Positions 9,543 to 18,397 of a stretch of DNA of 36,650 nt are shown here, in pieces (positions within the stretch are counted from its first letter, which is position 1; every line of letters starts with the position of its first letter). Origin of the DNA: Nitrospirota bacterium (lineage in GTDB: Bacteria > JACPQY01); assembly GCA_016180645.1 (NCBI GenBank), contig JACPAV010000041.1, positions 1 through 36,650 of the forward strand, in the 5' to 3' direction. The position numbers were made by a program, and so were the translations under genes. Under the pieces are notes generated by a model. It saw only the letters and a list, made by a program, of their open reading frames with translations, was not told the origin of the DNA and did no database searches.

Positions 9543-12500
9543 TCAGGGAAGGCTCTGAACGGCTACGGGTGTGAGTCGATCGATGGTGGTGGAGTCGCCG
9601 AGCCCGCCGTAGACGTTGCGGCCCCAACACCTGACCGTGCCATCCGAGAGGATCGCGCAGGTGTGGTCGGCTCCGGCCGTCGCGGCCACGGCGCTGCTGA
9701 GACTGGAAACCGAGATGGGTGTGGATTTGTCCGCGGTCGTCCCATCGCCAAGCTGGCCGAAAGTGTTGTCGCCCCAGCATGTGATCGAGCCGCCGGAAAG
9801 GACGGCGCACGAATGGCTCCCGCCTGCGGTGGCGGCCACGGCGCCCGTCAGCGTCGAAACGGCGACCGGGGTGGGCCGATTGGTCGAGCCTCCATCCCCG
9901 ATGCGTCCGTCGGCGCCGCGTCCCCAGCACCGCACCGTTCCGTCGGCGATCAGCGCACATGAATGATAGAGGCCGGCGGCCAAGGCCACGGCATCGGTGA
10001 GGGTGGACACGACCACCGGTGTGGACTTGTTATTTGTGCTGCCATCGCCCAGTTGGCCGTTGTCGTTGAGCCCCCAGCACGAAACGGTGCCATTGGCGGT
10101 CAGCGCGCAGGCGTGGCTGCCGCCACCGAGAACGGCAACGGCGCTCGTCAGTGTAGAGACGGTCGTCGGCGTGCTGCGGTCCGTGGTCGATCCGTCGCCG
10201 AGCTGGCCGGAGCTGTTTCGGCCCCAGCACCGGACCGTGCCATCGGAGACGGCCGCGCAGGTGTGAAAATTGCCCCCCGAGAGCGCGGTCGCGCCGGTCA
10301 GCGAGGAGACGGTTATCGGCGTTGTTTTTCCCGCTGCCGAGCCGTCCCCCAACTGACCGTTGTTATTTAGTCCCCAGCACCTGGCGGTTCCATCGGAGAC
10401 CAGCGCGCAGGTGTGGTAATTTCCTTCGGTGATGGAGAGCGCGCCGGTGAGGCTGGAAACGGAGACCGGGACGAGCTTGTCCGCCGTGGATCCATCGCCG
10501 AGTTGTCCGTAGAGATTGTATCCCCAGCATTTGACGCGCCCGTCCGACACGAGCGCGCAGGTGTGATACGTCAAGTGCGCGGAGAGTCCCTCCCGGTTGG
10601 GGCGTTGGTGCGCGCCGATCCAGGCCGGAGTAGCGTCGTGCGGACTCCGCGCGAGCACGCTCATGGGTCCGCCGAGACCGGACACGGCGACAGGGGTGCT
10701 GCGGTCGACGCTGGTCCCATCTCCCAACTGACCTGCGGGGTTGTACCCCCAACATCGGGTCGCGCCGTCCGCAAGAAGAGCGCAATTGTGGAACGTGCCG
10801 GTGGTGATCCGAACCGCGCTGGTGATGGAAGAGACGGTGACGGGGGTGGCCGATGCCCCCGTAGCACCATTCCCCAACTGGCCCTCGCCCCCGCGGCCCC
10901 AGCACCTGATGGTGCCGTCCGAGACCAGGGCGCATGAATGAGAGTTGCCTCCCGTGACCGAGACAGCGCCGGACAGGGTGGAAACGGCGACAGGAGTCGA
11001 CTTGTCCACCGTCGTCCCATCCCCGAGTTGGCGGTTGTTGTTCAATCCCCAACACAGGGCGGATCCGTCCGACACCGTGGCGCAGGTGTGAGTGCCGCCC
11101 GCCGCGACGGTGAGTACGCCGGAGAGTGTCGAAACCGCCGTGGGTACGTTCTTGTCCGTGGTCGAGCCGTCGCCGAGTTGTCCCTTGGTGTTCACCCCCC
11201 AGCAGTGCGCGGCGCCGTCCGACAAGAGGGCACACGTATGATCGCTGCCGCCCGTGAGGGCAACCGCTTGCGTGAGGGTGGAAACGGCGATGGGGGTCAA
11301 CTTGTTGATGGAAGTTCCGTCGCCGAGGTCGCCGAAGAAATTGGCTCCCCAGCATCGGGCGGTTCCATCGGAGACCAGCGCGCACACATGGTAGCCCCCG
11401 CCCGCGAGAGCGACGGCCCCGGTAAGTGTCGAGACGGCGACCGGCGTGGACTTGCTCACCGAGGTGCCATCGCCGAGCTGCCCGTACTGGTTCCGTCCCC
11501 AGCATCGGGCCGTGCCGTCCAGCATCAATGCGCAGGTGTGCATGTACCCGCCGGTCAAGGACACCGCGTTGGAGAGGGAACTGACCATGACCGGCGCAAA
11601 ACTGTTGAGCGTTGTCCCGTCGCCGAGTTGCCCGTTGGACCCGGTTCCCCAGCACCGGACGGAACCGTCGCCGGCCAGGGCGCAGGAATGTTCCCCGAGG
11701 TGGGCCGAGACCGCGTTCATGACGGGTCCCCAGGTGATGGCGGACATTTCCGTGGCGTTCGAGTCCGAATTTCCGGCCTCATCCTTGGCGCGGACGACGA
11801 AGTAGTATCGAGTGGCCTGCGTCAGCCCGGTCATGGACATCGAGATTGTACCGGCTGTCGTTGTGGCGGTGGCCGTGAAACCCGCGGCGCAGGAGCCGGA
11901 TGCGGTGGATTGGCAGATGTCATAGACGATGGCGCCACCGCTACTCACGTTGTCCGTGGCTGCGGTCCACGCAAGATCGATCCGGTTGGTGGAGATGGGT
12001 ACGGCTGTGGCAGCCCCGGCGAAGCTGGGAGGGGTGGCATCGGCTTTCACGCCGTCCGAGACGGTGGTGGCCGTGTAGTGTCCCGCGTTGTCCTTCACTC
12101 GGACGTGCACGTAGTAAACCGTTCCCTCGGCAAGGGCCAAAGGAGTGCGGGTGAAGGAGGTGACGTTTCCGAGCTGTTGGTATGCGGAATCGATTCCGGC
12201 GCACACCCCGGGCGTTGTGGACGTGGATAGACAATATTCGTAGCGCTCTACGCCGGAGGCGGGATCGGTGGAAGCGGCCCAGTTGGCGCTCAGAGAAATG
12301 GTCGTGGCCTGAATATCGATATCCCCTCCGGTCCCATCGTTCACGGCGGCGAGGGTGGACGGGGCCTCCGAATCGACCCTGGCCGTGGCGGAGGAGGTGT
12401 ATTCGGCGGTCTGGCCGGCGGCATCGGAAACCACGAGTCGATACTGATAGCAGGATCCCGAGGCGACCGACGTATCCGTGTAGGGCGAAGGGGGCGGGTT

Positions 12501-14696
12501 TGTGGAGATCGTGGCGTAGGCGCCGTACGAGGAGCACGTCCCCGCGGCGAGCGATGCCGTCCGACGCTCGATGAGTGATTGGAGGATGCCGGTTCCAGAA
12601 TCCGTCCCGAGATTGAACGTGACCGGGATTGAGAGTGTCTTGTAGTAGCCATCGGTATGGCTGATCGAGCCGTTCGTCGGTGGCGCGGTGTCGTTCGTCA
12701 CCGTGCTGGCCTTGGATTGGTTTCCGGCGGCATCCGTGGCCGTGAGGTACACTGTGGAAAGCGCATTGTCTCCAAGGGAGATGGCCGCAAAACTTCCGTC
12801 ACCCTCCGCGCTCCGCGATTGAATCAGCATGGTGAGGAGGCCGTCGGCCCAGGCCTTCACGATGGCGTTAGCTTCGACCGCGCCCCCTGCTCCGTTGACG
12901 GTATCGCTTGTACCGGGGGCATTCTGAGCAACCGTCAGCTTCGCAGGGTCCGGCGCGGCGGGAGCGAGGTTGTCGACTGTCCACGCATGGGAGACCGGCG
13001 TCGGGCTGACCTCTCCGTTCGAAGCGATGGAGCGGACCTGGAGCACGTGCAGGCCCGGCGACAAGCCGGTGACCACGTACGGCGAGGCGCACGGGAGGTA
13101 GGGTCCCCCGTCAAGGGAGCATTCAAGATCGAGGTCAGTGGAGACCTCGAAAGAAAATGTGGCGCTGGTGAGCGGCGTGAGAGCCGGAGGAGCCTGGTTG
13201 ATTTGGGGGGGGTCGGCCGATGGAGCCGGGGATGATGAATTCGAGGGGACGTTCGAACCCGCGACGCTCCAGGCGTGAGTGATCGCCGATGCGCTTGTGC
13301 CGTTCGTGTCCGTCGCGCGAACGGAAAAGGCGTGGCCTCCGGAAGCAAGGTTGCTCAGCACGTAAGGGGGCGAACACGCTCTGAACGGGAGCCCGTCCCA
13401 CGAGCAGCTCCAGAGGCAAACGGTATCGCAGGTGAATCGGAACGTGACCGTCGCCTCACTTTCTGAGGATGGAGTCTGTGTGAATTGGGGCAGGGGGCCG
13501 GCGTCCGCCGAGATGGACCGCCGGGTGTCCGGCGCATTTTGCGTGAAGAAGGTGAGAGTGCTGGCGGGGCCCTCCCTTCCCTTTGTGTCCCGAGCGTGGA
13601 CGGAGAATTGGTGGACACCGGGGGTCAATTCGGCCCAAAGGAGAGGAGCATCGCAGGAAGCGAAGGCCCCATCGTCTTTCGCGCATTCGAAAGAGCAGGC
13701 CTCGACTCGATCGCATCCGAAGTTGAAGAGAACGGTGGTTGCCGAGAGTGTCTTTCCAGAGCCGCACGGCTCGTTGGCCGGCACTTCGCACAGCAGCGAG
13801 GTGACCGACGGTGCGGCCAGCGCAGTGGGGTCGACCACGAGAACCACCGGCGCCTCCTGGGCGTCGAGGAGGATCTGCGCGACGGCGGTGGCGGAGGCTT
13901 CCAGGTGAGGAGACAGCGTGGCGACGATATTCGTGATGTGTTCGTCGGAGAGAGGGGCGGCCGGCCGGGACGGGTCAAGGCCGAGTTCCGGCGCCTTGGC
14001 CTGCGCAAAGGCTTGGACGAGGTTGGGTAGCCCCGCCGTGTTGCCGGAAGGGAGAGAGACGTGCTCAAGGAACAGTGAGGACTCCTCCGGTTGTCCGTCC
14101 GAGGGAATGGAAAACGTGGCGCTGGCCTCCACGAGAGCAATCGAGGGATCGGAGGGAAGGAGGAGAATGGCGAAAAACAAATGCCGGCCTTCCGTGAGTC
14201 GGTCAGGGAGGTTCAGACGAGTGCGGAACGCGGGATTCCCGGTCGGCGGGGACTCCTGGGGCGCCTCGGTTTGGCGTCGCGGCGCCAGGAAGGCAAAGCC
14301 GCCCCGCGATTGGCCGGATGCCAGCCATGGAAGGTGCGGTACCCCGACCTCCGGGCCGGCCACGATGGGAGGCCACGGAAGGCGGGGTGCCACCAAGCGG
14401 GGCGGCGCGCCGGGCACCGGATCGGGGGCGCCGATCGCGCGGACGCGTCCATGAAGCGTCGAGGTAATTTGTCCCGGCACGGAGCGGCCGACGATGCGAT
14501 TGTCCACGCCCACGTGCGCTTGGACCACCTGGATGCCGCCGACCATGGCCGCCTGCTCCGCGGTGAGAGGGATGACGAGGTCCACCTCGCCCTCGGCCGA
14601 TTCACGCGGTGGTGAACCGCCGTTCTCACAGGAACAGGACCGACCGGCGCACGCCGGTAGAATCAGGCACAGGGCGAACAGCAGGACTTTTTGCAT
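9543..14696 (-). CDS. Large surface lipoprotein/adhesin, paralog of 4011-9113 (Ig-like, FN3-like, 14 RCC1 repeats)
   Basis: Start MQKVLLFALCLILPA-C (lipobox) at 14696, 4 nt after the HD-GYP stop; colinear with the neighbouring gene over its whole length. Confidence 0.85.
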   Translation of the reverse strand: MQKVLLFALCLILPACAGRSCSCENGGSPPRESAEGEVDLVIPLTAEQAAMVGGIQVVQAHVGVDNRIVGRSVPGQITSTLHGRVRAIGAPDPVPGAPPRLVAPRLPWPPIVAGPEVGVPHLPWLASGQSRGGFAFLAPRRQTEAPQESPPTGNPAFRTRLNLPDRLTEGRHLFFAILLLPSDPSIALVEASATFSIPSDGQPEESSLFLEHVSLPSGNTAGLPNLVQAFAQAKAPELGLDPSRPAAPLSDEHITNIVATLSPHLEASATAVAQILLDAQEAPVVLVVDPTALAAPSVTSLLCEVPANEPCGSGKTLSATTVLFNFGCDRVEACSFECAKDDGAFASCDAPLLWAELTPGVHQFSVHARDTKGREGPASTLTFFTQNAPDTRRSISADAGPLPQFTQTPSSESEATVTFRFTCDTVCLWSCSWDGLPFRACSPPYVLSNLASGGHAFSVRATDTNGTSASAITHAWSVAGSNVPSNSSSPAPSADPPQINQAPPALTPLTSATFSFEVSTDLDLECSLDGGPYLPCASPYVVTGLSPGLHVLQVRSIASNGEVSPTPVSHAWTVDNLAPAAPDPAKLTVAQNAPGTSDTVNGAGGAVEANAIVKAWADGLLTMLIQSRSAEGDGSFAAISLGDNALSTVYLTATDAAGNQSKASTVTNDTAPPTNGSISHTDGYYKTLSIPVTFNLGTDSGTGILQSLIERRTASLAAGTCSSYGAYATISTNPPPSPYTDTSVASGSCYQYRLVVSDAAGQTAEYTSSATARVDSEAPSTLAAVNDGTGGDIDIQATTISLSANWAASTDPASGVERYEYCLSTSTTPGVCAGIDSAYQQLGNVTSFTRTPLALAEGTVYYVHVRVKDNAGHYTATTVSDGVKADATPPSFAGAATAVPISTNRIDLAWTAATDNVSSGGAIVYDICQSTASGSCAAGFTATATTTAGTISMSMTGLTQATRYYFVVRAKDEAGNSDSNATEMSAITWGPVMNAVSAHLGEHSCALAGDGSVRCWGTGSNGQLGDGTTLNSFAPVMVSSLSNAVSLTGGYMHTCALMLDGTARCWGRNQYGQLGDGTSVSKSTPVAVSTLTGAVALAGGGYHVCALVSDGTARCWGANFFGDLGDGTSINKLTPIAVSTLTQAVALTGGSDHTCALLSDGAAHCWGVNTKGQLGDGSTTDKNVPTAVSTLSGVLTVAAGGTHTCATVSDGSALCWGLNNNRQLGDGTTVDKSTPVAVSTLSGAVSVTGGNSHSCALVSDGTIRCWGRGGEGQLGNGATGASATPVTVSSITSAVRITTGTFHNCALLADGATRCWGYNPAGQLGDGTSVDRSTPVAVSGLGGPMSVLARSPHDATPAWIGAHQRPNREGLSAHLTYHTCALVSDGRVKCWGYNLYGQLGDGSTADKLVPVSVSSLTGALSITEGNYHTCALVSDGTARCWGLNNNGQLGDGSAAGKTTPITVSSLTGATALSGGNFHTCAAVSDGTVRCWGRNSSGQLGDGSTTDRSTPTTVSTLTSAVAVLGGGSHACALTANGTVSCWGLNDNGQLGDGSTNNKSTPVVVSTLTDAVALAAGLYHSCALIADGTVRCWGRGADGRIGDGGSTNRPTPVAVSTLTGAVAATAGGSHSCAVLSGGSITCWGDNTFGQLGDGTTADKSTPISVSSLSSAVAATAGADHTCAILSDGTVRCWGRNVYGGLGDSTTIDRLTPVAVQSLP

Positions 14697-14700
14697 GGCG

Positions 14701-15777
14701 CTACTTCCGCACGGCGGGAGCCGCCCCGAGGGCCGCCCGGAATTCTTCAACGAGACGGCCGTCGAGCCAACCGATGCTTGCCTCCAGATCGAGCTCCTCC
14801 AGTGCCTCGTCATGGCTGAGGGCACGGCGGTACGGTCGATCGCTGGTCAGGGCATCATAAATATCGGCGATGGTGGTGACCCGCGCCACAAGGGGAATGG
14901 CCTCTCCGGAGATGCCTGCGGGATACCCGGAACCGTCGTAGCGTTCGTGATGGTGGTAGACGACGTCGAGCGTGAAAGCGAGAGACTTGAGATGCCGGAT
15001 GAGATCTCGCCCGACCCGGGGATGGGTCTTGATCGTGTCGAACTCCTCAGGGGTCAGGCGATCGGTTTTCAGGAGCACGCGGTCCGGAACGGCGATCTTG
15101 CCGAGGTCGTGGAAGAAACCGCCGCGACGGACGGCAATGAGATCCGTTTCATCCATCCCGATGGCCTCTGCCAGGAGCCCGGCGTAGTAGGATACGCGGA
15201 AGCTGTGACCGGCAGTGTACGGGTCGCGGGCGTCTACCGTTCGGGCGAGAGTCACGACCAGGCTTTCCGATTCCGGAGACTCGGCGGTGATGCTCTTGAG
15301 ATGAACGAGGGCCTGAACACGGTTCAGGAGTTTCTCCGGATCCATCACGGTGGACATGAGGTGGGTCATGCCATCGTCCAAGTCCTTGAGGCGTGCGGGA
15401 GCCAGGGCGTCATCCGTGAGCAACAACACGGGGAGCAGCCGGGTAAGCGCCTCGGCCCTCAAATGTTCAAGGAACCCTGTGCCGCCCGATCCGGGCAGGT
15501 GGGCGCCGAGGATCACCAGATCGGTGGGATGACTCCAGAGACGATCCACGGCTTGCTCTACTGAACGGGCCGACCGAACGACATAGCCGGCTTCCGCGAG
15601 CAGATAGACCAACCTTTCGCTGGACGATCCGTTTCCGGGATCCACGATCAGGACATGGCCTCCGGAATCGGCGCCAGGACGGCTGGCCATGCCCTGAGGG
15701 CCATGGATGGCCACGGTGGGTGCACCGAAGGCCGGGAAGGGGGTGCGCGGGTGAATGGAAGCTGTGGCGCCGTTCAT
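14701..15777 (-). CDS. HD-GYP cyclic-dinucleotide phosphodiesterase with a degenerate receiver domain (RpfG-like)
   Basis: HDLGKI, HP, HHHERYDGSGYP and ADIYDALTSDRPYR are intact. The REC-like N-terminus has ILGAHLPG where ILDxxMP is expected. Confidence 0.9.
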   Translation of the reverse strand: MNGATASIHPRTPFPAFGAPTVAIHGPQGMASRPGADSGGHVLIVDPGNGSSSERLVYLLAEAGYVVRSARSVEQAVDRLWSHPTDLVILGAHLPGSGGTGFLEHLRAEALTRLLPVLLLTDDALAPARLKDLDDGMTHLMSTVMDPEKLLNRVQALVHLKSITAESPESESLVVTLARTVDARDPYTAGHSFRVSYYAGLLAEAIGMDETDLIAVRRGGFFHDLGKIAVPDRVLLKTDRLTPEEFDTIKTHPRVGRDLIRHLKSLAFTLDVVYHHHERYDGSGYPAGISGEAIPLVARVTTIADIYDALTSDRPYRRALSHDEALEELDLEASIGWLDGRLVEEFRAALGAAPAVRK

Positions 15778-15852
15778 GGGCTTACCGACGGCTCCACGAT
15801 CTACATATCATGTAATCCGAGTATATCGTGCTATTCATGTTAGACGTGGATA

Positions 15853-15868
15853 AGCAAGATGCAGGCCA
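15853..15868 (-). promoter_or_regulatory. Sigma-54 (-24/-12) promoter
   Basis: Minus strand TGGCCTGCATCTTGCT has exact GG-N10-GC spacing; AT-rich tract with an IHF-like AATCAA at ~15889-15910. Confidence 0.65.
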
Positions 15869-16104
15869 TCGGAGCCATCTGGTGTGCGTTGATTAATTAA
15901 ATGTAATTGCAACATGTTGGCTTGGACAGCCCATGTGGAAGAGTTTCCGGTCGGGATCAGCGGACCGAAGAGTCCGCTAGGTGGACGATGTCGCGGGATT
16001 CTTGGCTGGAGTCGGATGGAACTGTTCGTCGATGGGGTGGGGCCTGGCGGGAGGGCGGCAACATCTCTCCGGGCGCGGATGCGGGTGGTTATTCCATCAA
16101 TCCT

Positions 16105-16866
16105 TCAACGCAGTGCCAGGAGGCGGAGGAGGCCGTCGAGGATGGTGTAGGGGTGGGGCGGGCAGCCGGGGATGTAGAGATCGACGGGGACGGTGGAATC
16201 GGCTCCATTCCGGGCTTCCGGATGGCTGACGTAGGGTCCGCCGGAAATGGCACACGCGCCGACGGCGATGACGATGCGTGGCTCGGGCACGGCGTCGAAG
16301 GTTTTCTTCAGGGCCCGTTCCATATTCTTCGTCACGGGACCGGTGATGAGGAGTCCGTCGGCGTGACGAGGCGAGGCGACGAACTGGATTCCGAATCGCC
16401 CCAGATCGAAGACGACCGTATTCAAAACGTTTACATCCGCCTCGCAGGCGTTGCACCCGCCGGCGCTCACTTGCCGAAGTTTGAGGGACCGGCCAAGCAG
16501 TTTCTTCAGCCGTGCATCCAGCGCCTCGGCCAATCGAAGTGTCTTGCCGTCGGAGAGTAGGTCTTCCCTCCGGCGCACGGCCATGCGGTAGTCGCGGGTG
16601 GCGGTGACCGCTCCCTCGGGGCAGGCGCGGACGCATTCGGAGCAAAACAGACAGCGGCCGAAATCGATCTTGGTTTTGGCTTCTCCGACTTTGGGCGAAA
16701 TCGCGTCTGTCGGACAGGCCGCGGCACAGTCCATGCAATCGGATCGACACCGGTCTGAGTCCACGGTGAGACGGCCGACGAACCGGTCCGGCATTTCAGG
16801 CTCCGACTTCGGGAAGTCCACGGTGCGGAACCCCTGTTGAATTCTGGCACGGAGAACTCGAATCAC
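16105..16866 (-). CDS. hyfI: Ehr/hydrogenase-4-like small subunit (NuoB/HyfI-like) fused to an N-terminal 2x[4Fe-4S] ferredoxin
   Basis: CRSDCMDCAAACP, CLFCSECVRACP, GGCNACE, SPRHAD, GACAISGG and PGCPP. Start set at GTG 16866, just after the upstream stop. Confidence 0.85.
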   Translation of the reverse strand: MIRVLRARIQQGFRTVDFPKSEPEMPDRFVGRLTVDSDRCRSDCMDCAAACPTDAISPKVGEAKTKIDFGRCLFCSECVRACPEGAVTATRDYRMAVRRREDLLSDGKTLRLAEALDARLKKLLGRSLKLRQVSAGGCNACEADVNVLNTVVFDLGRFGIQFVASPRHADGLLITGPVTKNMERALKKTFDAVPEPRIVIAVGACAISGGPYVSHPEARNGADSTVPVDLYIPGCPPHPYTILDGLLRLLALR

Positions 16867-16873
16867 GTCAGCC

Positions 16874-18397
16874 TCACAAATCGTGTCCGCAATAGGAAAG
16901 ATTGAAACTCTTGTTGCAGAGTGGGAAGTCGGAGATCTGCATTCCGCGCAGCGCCATCGCGAGGCCGGTCCAGTTGTGAAAGGACGGATCGACCATCTTG
17001 TACCGGCTGAAACGACCCCGTTCATCGGTCGAAGCCACGTGGCAGATTTCACCCCGCCACCCTTCGACCAGAGACACGGCGACGGCATTCGGCTTCAGCG
17101 GGCCGACGGTGGACTCAAGCGATCCCTCGGGTAGACGGTTCAACTGTGTCCGGACGAATTCAGCCGACTCGAGGATCTCCAGCCATCGGACGTGGGCGCG
17201 GGCGAAGATGTCGCCGGTCGGCCACGTGGAAGCGGTGGTTTCCTTCCAGGCCGACGGATCGATTGGGAACTCCCTTCTCACATCCCGTTCGATTCCACAT
17301 GCGCGGGCGGCGACTCCGACCAGGCCCAGATCCAAGGCCGTCTCACGGGAAATGACACCGGTCCCATTGAAGCGATCGGTGACGAGATGGGATTTCCACA
17401 TCGGTTGTCCCGCGCTCTGAACATCCTTCATCGCGTCGTCCAATCGATTCAGAATCGAGCGGACTCGTTCTGGCTCAACCTCGTGCCGGACTCCGCCGGG
17501 GCGGACGAGTCCGCGGCCAAACCGATTTCCGCAGAGCGAGGCGGTGAGGTTCAGAAAATCTCCACGGAGCCGCCCGAAGTAGGATGCCGGTGGAAGGTAA
17601 CCGATGTCGTTGGCCAATGCGCCAAGGTCGCCCACGTGATTGGCGAGCCTTTCAAGCTCGATCGCGATGGCGCGGATCGCGAGCGCACGTGGAGAGGGGG
17701 CGCTTCCGGAGAGTGTTTCGACGATCTGAGCGTAGGCGGTCGCGTGCCCGATGGTCGTATCGCCCGCGGCCGTTTCCATGAGGTGGATCGTTCGCTTGTT
17801 CGGCCCTCCGATGAGGGCTCGCTCCACGCCACGGTGCTGGAAGCCGAGGGCGATCTCGAGGTGGAAGACTTTTTCGCCGTGGCACTGGAACCGAAAATGC
17901 CCCGGTTCGATGATCCCGGCGTGGACCGGTCCAACGGCGACCTCGTGGACTTCTTCGCCCTCCACTCGGAAGAAAGACGTAACCGCCGGGATCAGTTCGC
18001 TTCCGGAACCGCGGCTCAACACATCTTCACGTTCGTCGAACGGGTGATGGAAACGAACGGGCTTCAGCCACGGATGCCCCACGGGCCGAATCCCGAACTG
18101 CTCCGCAATCTCCCGTTCGAACAGTTGGACTTGAGGACAGTCCGGCGTGATGGAATCGACCTCGGCTCTTACGTCAGTCACGGCCAGATCGAGTCGCTGC
18201 GATTTCGGGCGGGCCAGAAGAACGGTGAGGAGAATTCCGTCTCCTGGGCCGGGGGTGCCGAAGAACGCCACGACCCTCGACCCGGATTTGACGCTATCGA
18301 TCACCGTCGATCGAAAAACCTCCGGGACGAGCCGGGGGATTTCCTTCGTGGCGATCCTACCGCCGTTGGAATCGCCTGCGAGCGACGGCTCACTCAT
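16874..18397 (-). CDS. hyfG: Ehr/hydrogenase-4-like large subunit (NuoC+NuoD/HyfG-like) lacking the Ni-binding CxxC motifs
   Basis: FEREIAE, VGPVHAGIIEPGHFRF, HRGVE, ELERLANH, GD..AR, VEGWRGE and DPSFHNW; C-terminus SFNLSYCGHDL. Confidence 0.9.
   Translation of the reverse strand: MSEPSLAGDSNGGRIATKEIPRLVPEVFRSTVIDSVKSGSRVVAFFGTPGPGDGILLTVLLARPKSQRLDLAVTDVRAEVDSITPDCPQVQLFEREIAEQFGIRPVGHPWLKPVRFHHPFDEREDVLSRGSGSELIPAVTSFFRVEGEEVHEVAVGPVHAGIIEPGHFRFQCHGEKVFHLEIALGFQHRGVERALIGGPNKRTIHLMETAAGDTTIGHATAYAQIVETLSGSAPSPRALAIRAIAIELERLANHVGDLGALANDIGYLPPASYFGRLRGDFLNLTASLCGNRFGRGLVRPGGVRHEVEPERVRSILNRLDDAMKDVQSAGQPMWKSHLVTDRFNGTGVISRETALDLGLVGVAARACGIERDVRREFPIDPSAWKETTASTWPTGDIFARAHVRWLEILESAEFVRTQLNRLPEGSLESTVGPLKPNAVAVSLVEGWRGEICHVASTDERGRFSRYKMVDPSFHNWTGLAMALRGMQISDFPLCNKSFNLSYCGHDL

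Noticed and set aside
4011-11700. Diversity-generating retroelement acting on the RCC1 repeats
   Set aside because: No reverse transcriptase and no near-identical TR/VR pair differing only at adenines was seen.
16874-18397. Bona fide [NiFe]-hydrogenase large subunit
   Set aside because: Both CxxC nickel-binding motifs are missing.
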